Source: Eledone cirrhosa
Lineage: Eukaryota
Direction of reading: 5' to 3'
NCBI GenBank assembly: GCA_964016885.1
Contig: OZ024740.1
Coordinates: 68,138,001-68,202,000, forward strand
Length of the DNA stretch: 64,000 nucleotides
The stretch's first letter is position 1. The number at the start of each line of letters is the position of its first letter. Below the pieces are notes generated by a model. The model was given only the letters and a program-made list of their open reading frames with translations. It ran no database searches and had not been told where the DNA came from. The translations under genes were made by a program, and so were the position numbers. Below, piece after piece: positions 28,770-43,989 of this stretch.

Positions 28770-28974
28770 TAACCTGTTATTTTAATAAATATTTGCTCTA
28801 CGGTACTTATATATTTGATATATATATTTATCCTTATCGAACCCTCTTTGGATTTTAGTCTTCAAATTTATTATTATTACTATATATATATTACTATATA
28901 TATATTACTATATATATATTTATATATATATATACATATTTATACAGTATATATATATATATATCTATATATCT

Positions 28975-29061
<87 letters not shown>

Positions 29062-29160
29062 AATATATATATATATAAATATATATATATTTAAATATAT
29101 ATATATATAAATATTTCGTTTCTGACCCTCCAAAGTATAACAATATATATATATTAGAAG

Positions 29161-29248
29161 TAGTAACTGTTGTGTTAATACTTCTACCAAACTCGTCCCA
29201 TGGACTGAGTGCTCTACCACTACGAATATTACCTTCCAGTGTTCTACC
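29161..29248 (+). repeat. Family A terminal-repeat fragment
   Basis: Matches 18882-18953 and the reverse complement of 59380-59460. Confidence 0.8.
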
Positions 29249-29420
29249 TCAATATATATATATTATATATATACATATATAAATATTTATACACATTCCT
29301 ATATATATATATGTGAGGGGGGGGGGGGGGTATGTGCGTGTGTGTGTGTATATCCGGGGTTCAATGTGAGGGTAACCACAGTTAGTAAGGTACTCAATTT
29401 AAAGCAGAGTATAAATATTC

Positions 29421-29538
29421 AATATAGAAATGGCTTATATAGGACTAGAAATGTTTCATTCGGAAGAAATCATCAGACTACCTGATTTTTTCTCCCAAAT
29501 GAAACAGTTCTAGTCCCGTAGAAGCCATTTCTATATTA
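29421..29538. repeat. Short inverted pair with an HHR-like motif on the minus arm (29445-29480)
   Basis: aatatagaaatggctt / aagccatttctatatt arms; minus strand CTGATGA-tttcttccgaat-GAAA. Confidence 0.65.
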
Positions 29539-29608
29539 AATATATATATATATTTCGTTTATGAATTTGTTTAGCAAGATTCCTATCTGAAAACCTGTGT
29601 TGAAACCG

Positions 29609-29810
<202 letters not shown>

Positions 29811-31194
29811 GTAAATATACTTAACACTTACACACACAGACATGCACACAAACATACATATGTTTTGCGTAAAAGTCTAGGTGTGCGTTAATGTTCTGTA
29901 ACTTAACGGTTTATCAAAAGGGGATCGAGAAATGTTGTTAGGTTTCAAATGCCGGTTTTGTAAAATGGATAAAATCCTTTCAATGCAATGCCCCAGTATG
30001 ACCTTATTTATGATTGAAACTAGCAAAAAAAAAATTAAGAAAATAATAAAAGAAATGAAATAATATGATCACTCTGGCTTTTACTGTTGTCTTTTGACAC
30101 AGCTAACTTACGCTATTTCATAACATGTTTATCTTTTGTACAAATTCTTAATCTCATACACAAACACACATACACATATATACACACACACATTCATGCC
30201 AATATATACACGCGCAGAAATAAACACATTCATACATGCACATACATATATACATATAAACAGATATAACATACTTGAAAGCGTACACCTAATTTGTCAC
30301 GCAGTCACATATATTCATATTGTTATAAAATTAATAAAAAAATTGTCTTAACTTATTCAAACACGTTATGGTAAATGCGAATATGGTTCTCATGATAAAA
30401 CCATATCAACAGCTAGAATGTTCTTCGTGAAACTATGTTCTATGAGAGGGAGAATTATAGAGATAGCCTAGTCATCATCATTATCATTTTTAGTTCCTCT
30501 TTTCTCTGCTTGCATAGTTTGGACAGGTCTTTTCCGTCACAGTGTCTCCCCACACATTGCAGTCCTTCATCATCCCTGTGGCCTCCACTATTTGGGATCA
30601 ACTCTCACAACTTCTACTGATGTCAGACTTTATTGCAGCTTCCTTCCACTGGAATTGCTTGGCAATTTTTCACTCAACAATCATCATGCATATCAATACC
30701 AGCACAGTCGTCTCCCTTCCACACTACATCTGATTCCTCTTATGCCCAGCTTTTATCTCAGCTCATCCATGCTTTGTCGTCCACGCACATTATTATTACT
30801 CGCAGAAAAACCACGCTTCGGGAGGTTTTCTGCTAACATGTGTAGTGTGTATATTGATATTATACACAAATATATATGCATGTAAATAAAATCGTATTGA
30901 CGAAATACACAGAAATTTAACGAAGACTGTGTTACACTGTCTTCTGTAATCAGTAACGTAATCCATGATACATTAAAAAAAGACAATATTATATATAAAT
31001 TGCATTAGGAGAAAATTAGTGACGGAAATATATAACAATTATAAGTGTTATAATATAACGGCCGCTAACCGGAAGTGTTGACATTTTACAATTTTAAAGA
31101 AGTGAATCTTTGAATAAGCTATAAAATATATTTAATCAACAGCCACGAAATTTAGTAGATAAATTATGTAATATTCATTCATTATTTATTAAAA

Positions 31195-31522
31195 GGGGCG
31201 ATAGAGGCTCGGACGCCATGCTTTCCAGCATAGTTACGTCCCTTTACGATCTGAGTTCAAATCCCGCCGAGGTTGACTTTGCCTTTCATCCTTACGGGGT
31301 CGATACAATAAAAGTACCAGTAAAGCACTGGGTAATTGCTGGCCTTGTGCCTAAATTAGAAACAATTATTTATTAAAAGGGGCGGTGAATTAGCAGTATC
31401 GGTAGAGAGTCGGACGCCATGCTTTGCAGCATAGTTACGTCTCTTTACGGTCTGACTTCAAATCTCGCCGAGGTTAACTTTCCCTTTCATCCTTACGCGG
31501 TTGATAAAATAAAGTACCAGTA
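31195..31522 (+). mobile_element. Two tandem SINE copies (31195-31367 and 31380-31522, the second 3'-truncated)
   Basis: Both are preceded by ttatttattaaaagg(ggcg); SINE consensus. Confidence 0.9.
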
Positions 31523-31710
31523 AAACCGAGCATTATAATAAATGTTCGGTAAACCGATGCGTGCATATATATATATGTGTGGATGTGTGTATATATATAC
31601 ATACTACTGTACATCTGTATAGATATATGTATGTACGTATATGTACATACTTACATTTAAGTAAGTGCCGTACTAAGAGTGAGAACTGAAATTTCGTTTC
31701 ATTCTATTCC

Positions 31711-31714
<4 letters not shown>
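31523..31714 (+). mobile_element. Family R fragment fused to the truncated SINE
   Basis: accgagcattataataaatgttcgg...gaaatttcgtttcattc followed by (TA)n. Confidence 0.85.
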
Positions 31715-31784
<70 letters not shown>

Positions 31785-31785
31785 C

Positions 31786-31910
31786 AAATATTTATTAAAA
31801 TAACAGATTAACGTTTAAGCAAAGAATCGCTGCTTTCACCCTTAACAAAATCTAAGGGTGAAATCAGCGATTCTTTGCTTAAACTTTAATCTGTTATTTT
31901 AATAAATATA
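31786..31910. repeat. Family B short inverted pair
   Basis: atatttattaaaataacagatt..tttaagcaaagaatcgctg / cagcgattctttgcttaaactttaatctgttattttaataaatat. Confidence 0.85.
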
Positions 31911-32502
31911 TATATATATATATTTATGTGTATGTGTGAACGACTATTTATATATTTATATTATCAATGAAATTTACACACGCACCACAAACGTCAATCC
32001 ATAAACCGGCTTCCATGTGAGTCCCTGCATGTGTGTATTTGTTTGTTCAAATACGGATGTATGTGTAAATGCCTGTGTCTCGGTGTGTGTTTGTGTTATT
32101 CTGTATGTACGTACTTGTGTGTATGGTATGTTGTGATGAGATTTTCGGCGTAATTTACGTATGTAGATTATTCCTTTTCAATCATTTGAATAAGACTTTT
32201 ACTATATATTTTTTTTAGAATATACTGTATAATTTATAACTTATTAAATAGTTTTTTAATTACAATTTTAAAAAATGATACAATATAGAGGTTTCTAAAT
32301 TTAGCATATGGTTATCAACGTGAAGTGATGTCATAGAGGATTATGATTATTCTAGCATTTGCGTGGCACTTTATTTTATCAACCCCAGGAAGTGTAAAGA
32401 CAAAACTGACTTCCCTGAGTTTTGAACTCACAAAAGTAAAGTTCTGTAATTAAATCCCGCTGAGCATTTTCTTCCATGCTTTTAACGCCTACATTTTTCA
32501 TA

Positions 32503-32662
32503 TAATTGTTTCTATTTTTGGCACAAAGCCAGCAATTATCCTAATGTATTACTGGTACTTTATTTATCGATCTCGTAAGGATGAAAAACAAAGTTAACAT
32601 CGGCGGGATTTGAACTCAAACCATAAAAGGGCCGTAACTCTTTCCTGCAAAGCATGGCGTAC
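32503..32662 (-). mobile_element. tRNA-derived SINE, 5'-truncated, next to an older diverged SINE at ~32365-32480
   Basis: Reverse complement of the family consensus. Confidence 0.85.
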
Positions 32663-33838
32663 GAAGATATAGAATTATGCACTAACCACTCGAATTTTCT
32701 ATATAAAGTGGGCTTGACTTATATGCAGTCAATCAACTACCCAACTTAACACGATATTAAAAACCTAATTATATATTCATCAGCATTGCATTAAAAGATC
32801 ATATGTGTGGTGATACTTTGGAAGAGGCCAAAATGTCATGTTCTGTGGAATTTGACAAAATCAAGGAAAAGTTATATGACAGTAGGAAATAGAATGTTTT
32901 TTCTTGCAATAGGTGATATGGATTTATGTATAGTATTACATTAAGTACAACTGTGTCAGTAAATAAGTCGCAAATAGTTTCCCAAAAATCTTGACACCAA
33001 GAAATAAATTGTAAATATAAGTGATGTTAACAGTTTTTGTTTGTTTTTGAATAAGAAAAAATGAACGTTCCATTGTGTTATGTTTTTAGTTTCAACACAC
33101 GGGCTAAGGTCACTACTTAGAGTAGTAAAACATCGGATTTTGAGAGATTTAGTCAGGCAATCAAAACACATGCGAGTACATATAGTTTTAAAGGCATATC
33201 TGCTAACGATAAATGATTTCGCAGACAGAGAATCATATATGCAATTAGTATGCTTGTATATTAATGTGCATTTGTGTGTATAGGGAGGGGGGTATGTGTG
33301 TATGCGTGTGTCCGTAGAGATTCAGCATTCTGTAGGAGTATTAATTCACTAGTGTCATGAGCATATTGTATAATCTTTCTTAATATAAATCATATAACGT
33401 ATTAGATGTGTTATTGTTAATGATACTGGCATTTATAGATTGTATATAAGGAAAATAATTACATAAATCTCACTGTGACAGACATTCTCTGAATCAACAT
33501 AAGATGTACATAAGTCTAAGCAAGCTGAATATCTATATAGTTGTTTATTTAGTTCATATATAAAATTTAACGACACTTAATATTTTGAATCAAAGTGACT
33601 TTAACTTATTGGCTGTAATGTTGTTGCCAATGCCAATGCAGTAGTCTATGTATAACCTATTAGAATGCGTTATAAAAGCCACGGTGTGCCCAAGTGCCCA
33701 AACTATTTTGTAGCAGAGATAATCTGACATAAATGGCTATAGTATTGTTAATAAAAATGAAGTTTATAGGTTACACATAATTTGAAAGAATTTGTTTAAC
33801 AAGCCTCAGTGTCATATGTCTTTGTTAACATGAAACAA

Positions 33839-33921
<83 letters not shown>

Positions 33922-35183
33922 AGCATCATATATAAAGAGTTGCTTATTTTGGTCCTGTTTATTTGAATTATTTTAAAGAATATTATACTTCATACTTATT
34001 ACAATATTATACTTTATACTTATATATAGCTTCAAAGATGCAAACACTTACTTATACAAGAATTTATCAGCCAATTTATTAATCGGAAATACAGTCGGTT
34101 CCAATCGATTACAAAGAAGAAAAAACTTGGGTAAAAATGTAGTTCTTCAAGATGAGAAGCGAACGCAGTTTTGACCGTGGGAGGATACAGCGATAAAACT
34201 TAATACGAGTAATGCAACGAAGGAAGATACAGGAGCTTGATACGTGACTCCAGTATGTTTGAGCAGGATTAAAAACCGTTGACTAATGTCAATGGATTCA
34301 GAGATAACATTACTTTGAGTTGACAATAAGTTTGACTGCATCGACGTGCTTAGTCGTGGCACTTCCCTGTATAAAGTTTGTTCAGTGATATTAGTCCCGA
34401 CGACGCATTCTATTCTTCTGGCCTTGCTTTCAATATTAATCCATTGAAACGTTCAGGTTTCAAATAAATCTGCATGGAAAGTTGAACCACCTTATTGTTT
34501 ACCTCCATTTTAGTTTTATATTAAGCGAGGGAGGGCCTTCGCTGTAGTATCCATTTTAGGCGTTGTATTCGGAATTTCATGTCAGCTGAAAGAAAATATA
34601 ACAATAACAAAGATAATAATAAAATAGAAATGAAATAAAAATAGAATGAAATAAAATAAAATAAAACGAGATCAATTTGACAGATGGACGCTATAACAAA
34701 GGCCAGGAAAAAGAATGACGGGAGGGAAAAGATTAGAACTTAGAAGTATGTGAGAAGAGAACATGATATGATCCAGTGAAATTAAAGTACATCGGTATAA
34801 TATTGTGAATGTATGTGATTCATACAAAAGAATGATTTTGGGACTAGAAAATACGTGTGGTAAGATAAAAAGACATGAGGATCCATTCACCGACAACTGC
34901 TAATGAATTAATAAAAACATACAACAATCTAATTCATGTATTTTCAAAATTATAGTAACAAGCAACCTATTGTTGTATTAATATATATATATATATGCAT
35001 GTAAGGTCTCGAATTAGCAGAGTTGTTAGGAATATTATACAGTATTCATTCAGTAATAATATACAGTATTCATTCTGGCTCTCTGAACTCAGGCTAACTT
35101 TGAATTTAACCATTTTCTCGTTGGGAAATAATGTACCAGTTCACTACTGGAGTCGGAACATTGTCCCACCTCCTCACATCTCC

Positions 35184-35247
<64 letters not shown>

Positions 35248-35251
<4 letters not shown>

Positions 35252-35533
35252 GTAAGTATGTATGTGTGTATACTCACTCGATATGCAAATTAGGCTGCTC
35301 AGCCGTTAATATGCATAAGGAAAGTATATACTTTCAGACGTTCAACAATCTGGCAGGAAGGTATACGATGCTGACGATAGCTAATAAACTTGAAACTAGT
35401 ACATCGTTCCTGTGTCAGTGTTCAACAAAAAGGTGACGTCGTGGCTTAAACACTGTACGGCGTAATTCGGGCTGTTTGTTTGTTTGCAAACAAACAAACC
35501 GAGCATTATAATAAACGTTCGGTAAACCGATAC

Positions 35534-35574
<41 letters not shown>

Positions 35575-35695
35575 CATGCATGTATATACATGCTACTGTA
35601 CGTCTGTATACATATATGTATACACACATACATACTTACATTTAAGTAAGTGCCGTACTAAGAGTGAGACATTAAATTTCGTTTCATTCTATTCC

Positions 35696-35699
<4 letters not shown>
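35248..35699 (+). mobile_element. Family R unit with HHR at 35365-35407
   Basis: acgatg-CTGACGA-tagctaataaactt-GAAA-ctag-TA-catcgt; (TA)n on both sides. Confidence 0.88.
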
Positions 35700-35750
<51 letters not shown>

Positions 35751-35755
35751 TATAG

Positions 35756-35826
<71 letters not shown>

Positions 35827-35831
35827 TATAG

Positions 35832-35904
<73 letters not shown>

Positions 35905-36637
35905 TGGGAAAAAATCGGCGGTTTTTCGAGCTGGAAATTCATGGGACGGGATAGGTTATGTATGATTTCATGTAAAGTGTGAATAACTAATAATTTTGCA
36001 ATATTTCAAGATGTTTATGTTTTATGATGATGTAACAGAAATATTCACATATAGAAAATTGATTAAAGTCATCTAAAAGATCCCAAGATGTGACTTAAAA
36101 CTGTCAATACCTTTATAATACCTTTATCAATACCTTTATAATCAACAAGTAAGACACACGTGTACTTTTAACCAACGGGCGAAATCTATATATTAGATTG
36201 AATATGTACAACCCAATAATTTTCTGAAAGTCTCTTGATTGTGGTGTGTACATATTAAATATTAAATATCATATCCTAGTTATTTAGAATGTTAGAGAAT
36301 AAAGACAGGTCCCATATTGCATATCATCGTGTAGCGTCTTAAGCAACTATAATTTACTGTACCCTCGATTCGATCCAGGTATTATGAGCAAAATTGGTTA
36401 GAAGGTTTGGAAATCCCTCGGATTGAACGTACCTATAATTAGAAGGGCCAGATATCTTCTCAAACACTTTGTCACCCTGAATCACCTGGAGAATTACGAA
36501 AAGGGTATACGTGTTTACGGAATGCATAATCACATGCAAGTTAAATTTCATTCATATGATGCTCCCAACAACTGAAATACTCATTTGCTAAACAGATGAA
36601 GATCCATTCTTTATATAAATATATATATATATATATA

Positions 36638-36699
<62 letters not shown>

Positions 36700-36746
36700 C
36701 ATGTATTTATGTATGCATTGTGTATCTATGAGTGTATATACATACT

Positions 36747-36787
<41 letters not shown>

Positions 36788-37100
36788 AACAAAAGAGACG
36801 GTTTCATCTGTAAATTCCTATTTATTTTGTTATACGTGTCTCAAATACGTAAGGCAATTGTATAACAACTGCCCTACGTGGTCTCTTCAGACAAAAATCC
36901 AAACGAAATGTAAATATCCATCGATATAATACTAGTCTTACGTGCTATTCCCTTCGCCGACCAGTAAGAATATAATAAAACTCCGGATGAACAAAAACCG
37001 TGGAGTACTTTACATCTGTTAAGAAAAAGTTGGCAGATTTCAATCAACCAACTTTCTTCAATTGAATACACACACACACACACCTATATATATATGTATA

Positions 37101-37137
<37 letters not shown>

Positions 37138-37329
37138 TTATGTGTGTGTGTGTGTGCATGAGGCGTTTGTTGAATATTAATAGTTGAGTGGATAAATAGT
37201 TGCCTACAGTCAAAATAGAAAACACTTCACTCGCTCTAATCGCACTCATTAGTTAATATCTCTTTAATGACAGCATATTCCTTGCATTTTAAAGCCGTCA
37301 CTATTTTCCATCTATTCTTCGCTAGTCAG

Positions 37330-37560
37330 CTCTGCTAGAGCCACCTCCAGTCAAATATCAATACACTTCTTCTCATTCACCAACCCACTCTAGATTCAAC
37401 ACAATTAAATACTTTCAGGCTTCCTCTTATTTCGCTCTCGACACACCACTCGTTTTATATTCAAAGTCAGCAAATTCATCGAATGCTTTCCCTTCCTAAC
37501 CTATATAAAGTATCTAAACGTCATCCCTCTCCAACTCAACCTCTAGACCATTTACACGGC
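37330..37560 (-). mobile_element. Possible ancient LINE RT remnant
   Basis: Faint VELE..TFRY-like peptide on the minus strand. Confidence 0.25.
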
Positions 37561-38304
37561 TGTACCCCTACTATATTATCCACAATCCACACACCCGACC
37601 ATTGTCTCCTATTTTAATGGTGTTTGCATACTCATTAAATTTATTTTTTCGTAATGATAATATTACCAAAATATAATGATTATTCTTCATGCTCTGTCTG
37701 AGAGATATCATTAGGTGTTCTGGATGTATGACATAGAATGCATCTTCATGCATTTCCAGACACAAAATTATAATCAGCAGGCATCTTTAAATCCATATCA
37801 ATTTTTTTCCTGAATTCATTATATCCAAAACAATGAGAAACATCTATAATGAAGAATGTATGCAGTCTCCATCCATATGCACCCTACTATTTCCATTTGT
37901 GAAACTCTTGCCTATATAATATTTAATTGGCTTCTAATTAAATAATTAAACCTAATTTCTTGTATTTTACTTAGTTCATTGCAGCCATGCTGAGGTACCA
38001 GCTAAAGGGAATTCAATAAATCATAAAATACTTTAGTAATTATAAATTTTCACCACTGGTATTTATGTTATGAATCTCTCTTCGATAAGTTACAAGATAT
38101 AAGAACCCCCCCCCCCCCTCTCCTGCATACACGCACAGATTCATGCACACACCGTTTTGTCATCACTCATCCTGTGTCTAGTTGTACTTTAGTCTCCCAT
38201 GTGCACTGAAATAAATAGTATCATCCTTGCTGTGTTGAAACTATAGTTATTTCCAAAGGTTGACTGAGGAGAAAGGACTGCTCGTTCTTATGTTGTACCT
38301 TCCC

Positions 38305-38492
38305 GGTGCATTGGCAGTATCGGTAGAGGGTCGGACACCATCTTTTGGCGCATAGAGTTACGGTCATTGCCATTCTGAGTTCAAATCCCGTCGAGGTTAA
38401 GTTTGCCTTTCATCCTTACGGGCTCGATAAAACAAAGTACCAGTAATGCACTGGAATAATTGCTGGTCTTGTGCCAAAAGTAGAAACAATTA
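38305..38492 (+). mobile_element. tRNA-derived SINE
   Basis: Consensus match; 17-bp TSD ttatgttgtaccttccc at 38288 and 38490. Confidence 0.92.
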
Positions 38493-38851
38493 TGTTGTAC
38501 CTTCCCTTGCCTTTCTGCTGTGCACCCCTTGTTTTGCATTCGTGTTCGAAAGTACTAGCCACATAATATGATCCGGTGGGCACTGGAAATATGTTAAGGA
38601 CATTGGCAATATCTTTAACTTTTTTGATGAGCTACAACAATGCTTTTGACAGAGTAACAATTAATTTATCAGTAACATTTACCAAGTCCTCACATATACA
38701 GTTATTTACTTCATGTTCTATGCTCATTTATAGAAGGTATAATTGTTTACTCTTGAATTATTTTCTACTCTTTACATTTGTTGTTTAAAAATATCGTTGT
38801 ATTTGAGGCGATAATTACAATGGGGAGAATAGCAATGAATTCAAATACGGA

Positions 38852-38955
38852 GATGATGATTATGATGATGATGATGATGATGAAGATGATGGTGATGATG
38901 TTGACGTTAATGAGGATGATGTCGAATACTATGACGATGACAACGACGACGATGA
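38852..38955. repeat. (GAT/GAC)n trinucleotide repeat
   Basis: Direct reading. Confidence 0.9.
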
Positions 38956-39180
38956 ATAAATTAATCACCGTAAGTCAGATTTGATTGAATGGTGTACTAA
39001 AAACCTCACAATACGACTTTGGGGCAAGAGTAAAGGATCTAAATTTGTTAATTATCCAATACTTTATGCATTCCTTGATTGCAATATATTTATTTGTTTG
39101 CTTTTATGTTTAATTGGATTGTTTGTATTATTTATACAAAAGTGCAGCATAAAATCTTCATAAATCCATTTGTATCATTC

Positions 39181-39368
39181 ATAATTGTTTCTACTTTTGG
39201 CACAAGGCCAGCAATTACCCAGTACATTACTGGTACTTTATTTTATCGACCCCGTAAGGATGAAAGGCAAAGTTAACCTTGGTGGGATTTGAACTCAGAA
39301 TGGCAAGGGCTGTAACTCTATGCGTCAAAGCATGGAGTCCGACCCTCTACCGATACTGCCAATCCACC
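39181..39368 (-). mobile_element. tRNA-derived SINE
   Basis: Consensus match; 18-bp TSD atttgtatcattcataat at 39168 and 39370. Confidence 0.92.
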
Positions 39369-40704
39369 AATTTGTATCATTCATAATGAATAGCAGAATC
39401 AGTGGAATTTATAGATTTTCATGATATAGTTTCATTAAGTTAAAATATTGTCTTTGATTTTATTCTATATTTATCGTTGTTTTAGGTGGAACTTTTGAAC
39501 TTGTTTCATTACTTTAACTATTTTCATTAATGCGTTCACAACCTAAGGTGCTTGAAAAAGTGATACTAAGCCTAACTCTAACTCACTCTAATATTTTGTG
39601 TCCCGCGTTCGGGCTTTCTTCTTCGCTTATCATTTTTCCGAGGTTAATGAAAAAGTACCATTTCAGTTTTGTCGACAATCCTCACTTATAACTTTTTCAT
39701 ACATCCTCTCTATCATTCTCTCTTTTCCTCAAGAAGAAATTGGTTGTGTTCAGACTAGGAAAGGGATCAACTGCGACAGGTAAAATATGCCAAGATATCA
39801 TGGCTCACCGAAATCTCCAGCATGTGTCCAAAAATACACATACAAAGGGTGATACCTTAACGTGATTCCTCACGCCAAGTATTTTTTTATGTATTTGATT
39901 TCCTTCCATAGTTCAGTTTGTTGATAGCGTAACACACCAACATGTTCATGATGCTCATAAAATAGCTTCAGTTGTGACAAGAATAATAATATTATTAGAC
40001 CATGTGCATTTTTGTTTCTGAACTGTGTTAAAGAGATAAAGCAAATAAAATAAAAAAAGAAACATTTTGAGACAGGGAGGTGATAAAGTGCAATGAAGAG
40101 TCGGGTGGGGATGCGTGAGAGGACAATTGAGTGGGAGTGTTAGAGAGAATTAATTTGCATAAATATTCTCACACACTACTCAAATCCAAGAATTCGATAA
40201 AGACAATATCATTATCAAGTCAATGATTTAGTGACTAAAACCAGTGTGAGAGAATAGGAAAATAAAACAAAATGAAGAGCATGAGAAATAAAAGTAATAT
40301 AGGAAAGGGCGATAATATTATTGTATAGTTTGATTTAGAGATAGAGAGAGAAGATAGCCTGGGAGTTTATGATTGTGAGAGAATGTGATAAAAGATAGAA
40401 TTTTGCTAATTATTTTCAATTCAGTCGAATGAAGTATGTCTGCAGCTGCCCTTACGTTGGCAGTTCATGTAGATCGATTCTCATTAGTCATACATTTATT
40501 TCTAAGACGATGTGTCGGAGTGAGTTTTCTCGCAATATTGTTTTATTTCCCAGGAAAAATATATATTCCTTTCCATTACGACCAGCTACGATAGACGTCC
40601 GTTCTGCGGAAGCTATCATGCTTCACTGGTTACGCAACTTTGCAATTTCATCTATCACTTTTACTTCAGTTTCACTTTCACTTTCCGTTCTTACTGTTCT
40701 TACC

Positions 40705-40765
<61 letters not shown>

Positions 40766-41265
40766 CATACATACACACACACATATATAGATATATATAT
40801 ATATATATGTGTGTGTGTAATAAAAAATCATTATACAAAGAAAAATATAACAAAGAATCATACGCACACGCACGCATACGCACACACACACACATACATA
40901 CACACACATACACACACACATACATACATATACACATATATATATATGAAAATACTAATGCACGAAATAAATAAAATTTTAAATCCCCCTTCATGGAGAT
41001 ATTAATGAAAAATAAATATGTGCATTAAGTGATTTCAGAAATAAAAATTACAACTATATGAGTTCTTTATTATTCGCCAATGATTCTGAGATTATATGTG
41101 CTGTTAGTTATTTAGTTTTAGTCGTAGAGTTAGTGAGACTTATGACCGTAGAGTTAGTTTTACGTTAAGTATAATATTGACATTAATTAGGCATTATGTT
41201 TTAATTTTAAGGTAGGTGCAGCACATTCCTTCATAGATCGGATGACAACAACAATATTCTTCCTG

Positions 41266-41298
<33 letters not shown>

Positions 41299-41377
41299 TA
41301 TTATACATATATACATATGTATATTATATATATATATTATACAGAATATATATATATATATATTATAGATTAGTGAA

Positions 41378-41490
41378 GGTGCATGGCTGAGTGTTTAGAG
41401 AATAGGATTCGCAATCGTGAGGTTGCGTGTTCGATGTCCGGTCCGGGTTATGCGTTATGTTCTTGAGCAAGATATTTTATTTCATGTTTC
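41378..41490 (+). mobile_element. Old tRNA-derived SINE of another family (V/Meta-domain-like)
   Basis: tggctgagtgtttag (A box), gtgttcgatgtcc (B box), tgttcttgagcaagata. Confidence 0.55.
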
Positions 41491-41827
41491 TCCTTCTACC
41501 TGGAATTGCGAGAGATAGACAGTATTAGCAATTGAAAAGACTAATGGAAACATTGTTTCCTCGGTCCGATTTGATGAAAGTCGATCGACTGTCGATGCCT
41601 CAAGTGCATTGAATGCAAGGAATGTAAATGTAAGATCCATGTGTAAATTCACAATGTAGCGATAAATTCAGATTGGATTATCTATTTTGACTTTACTTAC
41701 GAAGCATACATCGTAATGTTGAATGAACTGTCATATACGGTTGTGCGTGAGTAAAGTAAACACATATTTAAATCTGTATAGTAATACAAGAAAGCTTAAA
41801 TTGGTTGAATTGTTAAGCTTCAGATTT

Positions 41828-42003
41828 ATAATTGTTTCTAGTTTTGGCACAAGGCCAGCAATTACCCAATGCATTACTGGTACTTTGTTTTATCGACCCC
41901 GTAAGAATGTTAACCTCGGCGGGATTTGAACTCATAATGGCAAGGGCCGAAACTCCATGCGTCAAGGCATGGCATCCAACCCTCTACCGATACTGTCAAT
42001 CCA
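41828..42003 (-). mobile_element. tRNA-derived SINE
   Basis: Consensus match with a small internal deletion. Confidence 0.9.
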
Positions 42004-42854
42004 AATATGTACGTGTTTATTTGGCACATTTCACTTTGTGTTCAATCCCATCTAGATCAAATTTGCTTATCGTCATTTTGAGGTAAATAAAAAAGAATTC
42101 ATTCCACTACTAGGCTTGGTTCTTCCTCTATTTTCCTTCATCCGCATTCTCTCTCCTCTCTCTTTATATATATATATATATATATCTTTATCTTTCTCTT
42201 TCTCTCTCTCTCTTTTTCTTTCATTTTCAGGAAGAATTTTGTTGTCATCCGATCTAGAAAGGAATGTGTTGCACCTGACCTGGAGTTTTCGAAACACGCT
42301 GCATTTTAAGACGGTACAATTGTTTCAAATGTTAAGAGACCTTTATAGAGAGTAAAAAAAAAGCTGCTTAATAAAAATTTAAAAAATGTTTAATCCAAAA
42401 TATTAAACTTGTACTATGTTATGTTTTGAATATAATGTGTTTCAAAGAAAAGAACACAGAGCACAGAAAACCCACAAATACACACACAGACACAGTGGAT
42501 AGTTTTAACGTACGGCTTTGTTTGACTCAACAATATGTTTCCATAGTTAGGCAGCGAGTTCGCGGGAATTCCTATGCAGGTTATACTTGGAGTAATAAGA
42601 GTAAAAGAATGAAAGTAACATGGTTGGCTGTACAACAAGGGGCTTTATTTCAGGTATTAACAATTGTTTCATTGATCAGGCGAGTCAACAGGCAGCTAAT
42701 CGGTCGAAGTTGCGTCACTCGATCTCCATTACATAACAACATCGCAACCACTCTCGCATCAGGGTGCGTCGCAACAACACATTCATAGGCCTAAATCTAA
42801 GACCACCCATAACACCATACAAAACCGCAACGGAGAATCTGCACACAGAAAAAC

Positions 42855-43105
42855 CCCCAACTGTAACAGCCACATACCGGATAAGTGCGACTACAAAATA
42901 GATGCCTGGATTCAAGTATGGTGTATCTGTGTACTATAAATTCAGGCAACTTTGCTTTGCACTACATAGGTTCCACGGCTGCGGAGTTCAAAACAAGATG
43001 GTACGCTCCATGAAGAACCGTAGACAAGAGAACTCTACAACACTCGCCAATAAAATCTGGCAGCTTAAAAACACAAACCAGGAAGATAGGATTAGCTGGT
43101 CAAAA
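42855..43105 (+). pseudogene. PLE GIY-YIG endonuclease fragment
   Basis: NCNSHIPDKC/LQNRCLDSSMVYLC..HYIGSTAAEFKTRWY/NSTTLANKIWQLK..ISW. Confidence 0.85.
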
Positions 43106-43109
43106 TCCA

Positions 43110-43443
43110 TATTTGTTTTGCAAGGTTTTTGATATGAAATCGTGTGTAGAAACAAATATTGTTATACTTGGGGAGAGTCATATTGTAATAATATTGCCAG
43201 AAATAGTACCACTGATGATGTTGCAGATGTGCAACGAAAGAATTTGTGAGACTATATATATGTGTTTATATCTGTATTTGTGACCGTCGGTCAGTCAATG
43301 ATAAACATTGAGGACCAAATGAATTAACCGTGGAGATATAAAAGAAACAGAAGCGAAAACCAACCAAACAGTGAGTCAGTACTGTTATTATTTCTGGCAA
43401 CAATATTATTACAACAATATGACCCTCCCCAAGTATAACAATA
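43110..43443. mobile_element. Family H composite with an HHR at 43207-43250 (+)
   Basis: CTGATGA-t-gttgca-gatg-tgcaac-GAAA-gaatt; homologous blocks at 63062-63640, where the HHR copy lies at 63421-63468 (-). Confidence 0.75.
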
Positions 43444-43445
43444 TA

Positions 43446-43541
<96 letters not shown>

Positions 43542-43954
43542 TATACAGTATGGCAAAAGACTAAGGTTAACAATTTAAATTCATTCTTTAATTTCTACGT
43601 CTGTTTCAATAAGGGTACAATGGTACATGGAAATATAAACTACTGGAAATAATTAATTGCCAATTATTAACACCATACATAATACATATAAATGCATATA
43701 TTCAGGAAGTTTTGAGACAAAACAAAATTTAACAAGTAAAAATATTATCAAAGTTAAACTTTATATCAAATCACTAAGCGTACGGCTAGCAATTATATTT
43801 AAAAAAAAAGAAACATGTATTGTACATGGAGTGTTTTGACCTTGCAAAATTAGCTAACATTCTTTTCCAACCCTTGTGGTACAGAGGAATTTGCAGAGGT
43901 AATTGTAAAGAAGTACTCCAGTATAATCACTTATATTGTATATATACATAAATA

Positions 43955-43986
<32 letters not shown>

Positions 43987-43989
<3 letters not shown>

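Larger units (their letters stand above)
26048..28880 (+). mobile_element. 5'-truncated PLE (Naiad-like), family B, with a short inverted terminal-repeat piece at 26048-26165
   Basis: RT and endonuclease remnants; the 3' repeat at 28370-28880 is homologous to 43987-44702, 31786-31910 and 3245-3375. Confidence 0.92.

Noticed and set aside
35902-35930. CACTG start as a Chapaev/CMC terminal inverted repeat
   Set aside because: No matching opposite terminus was identified.
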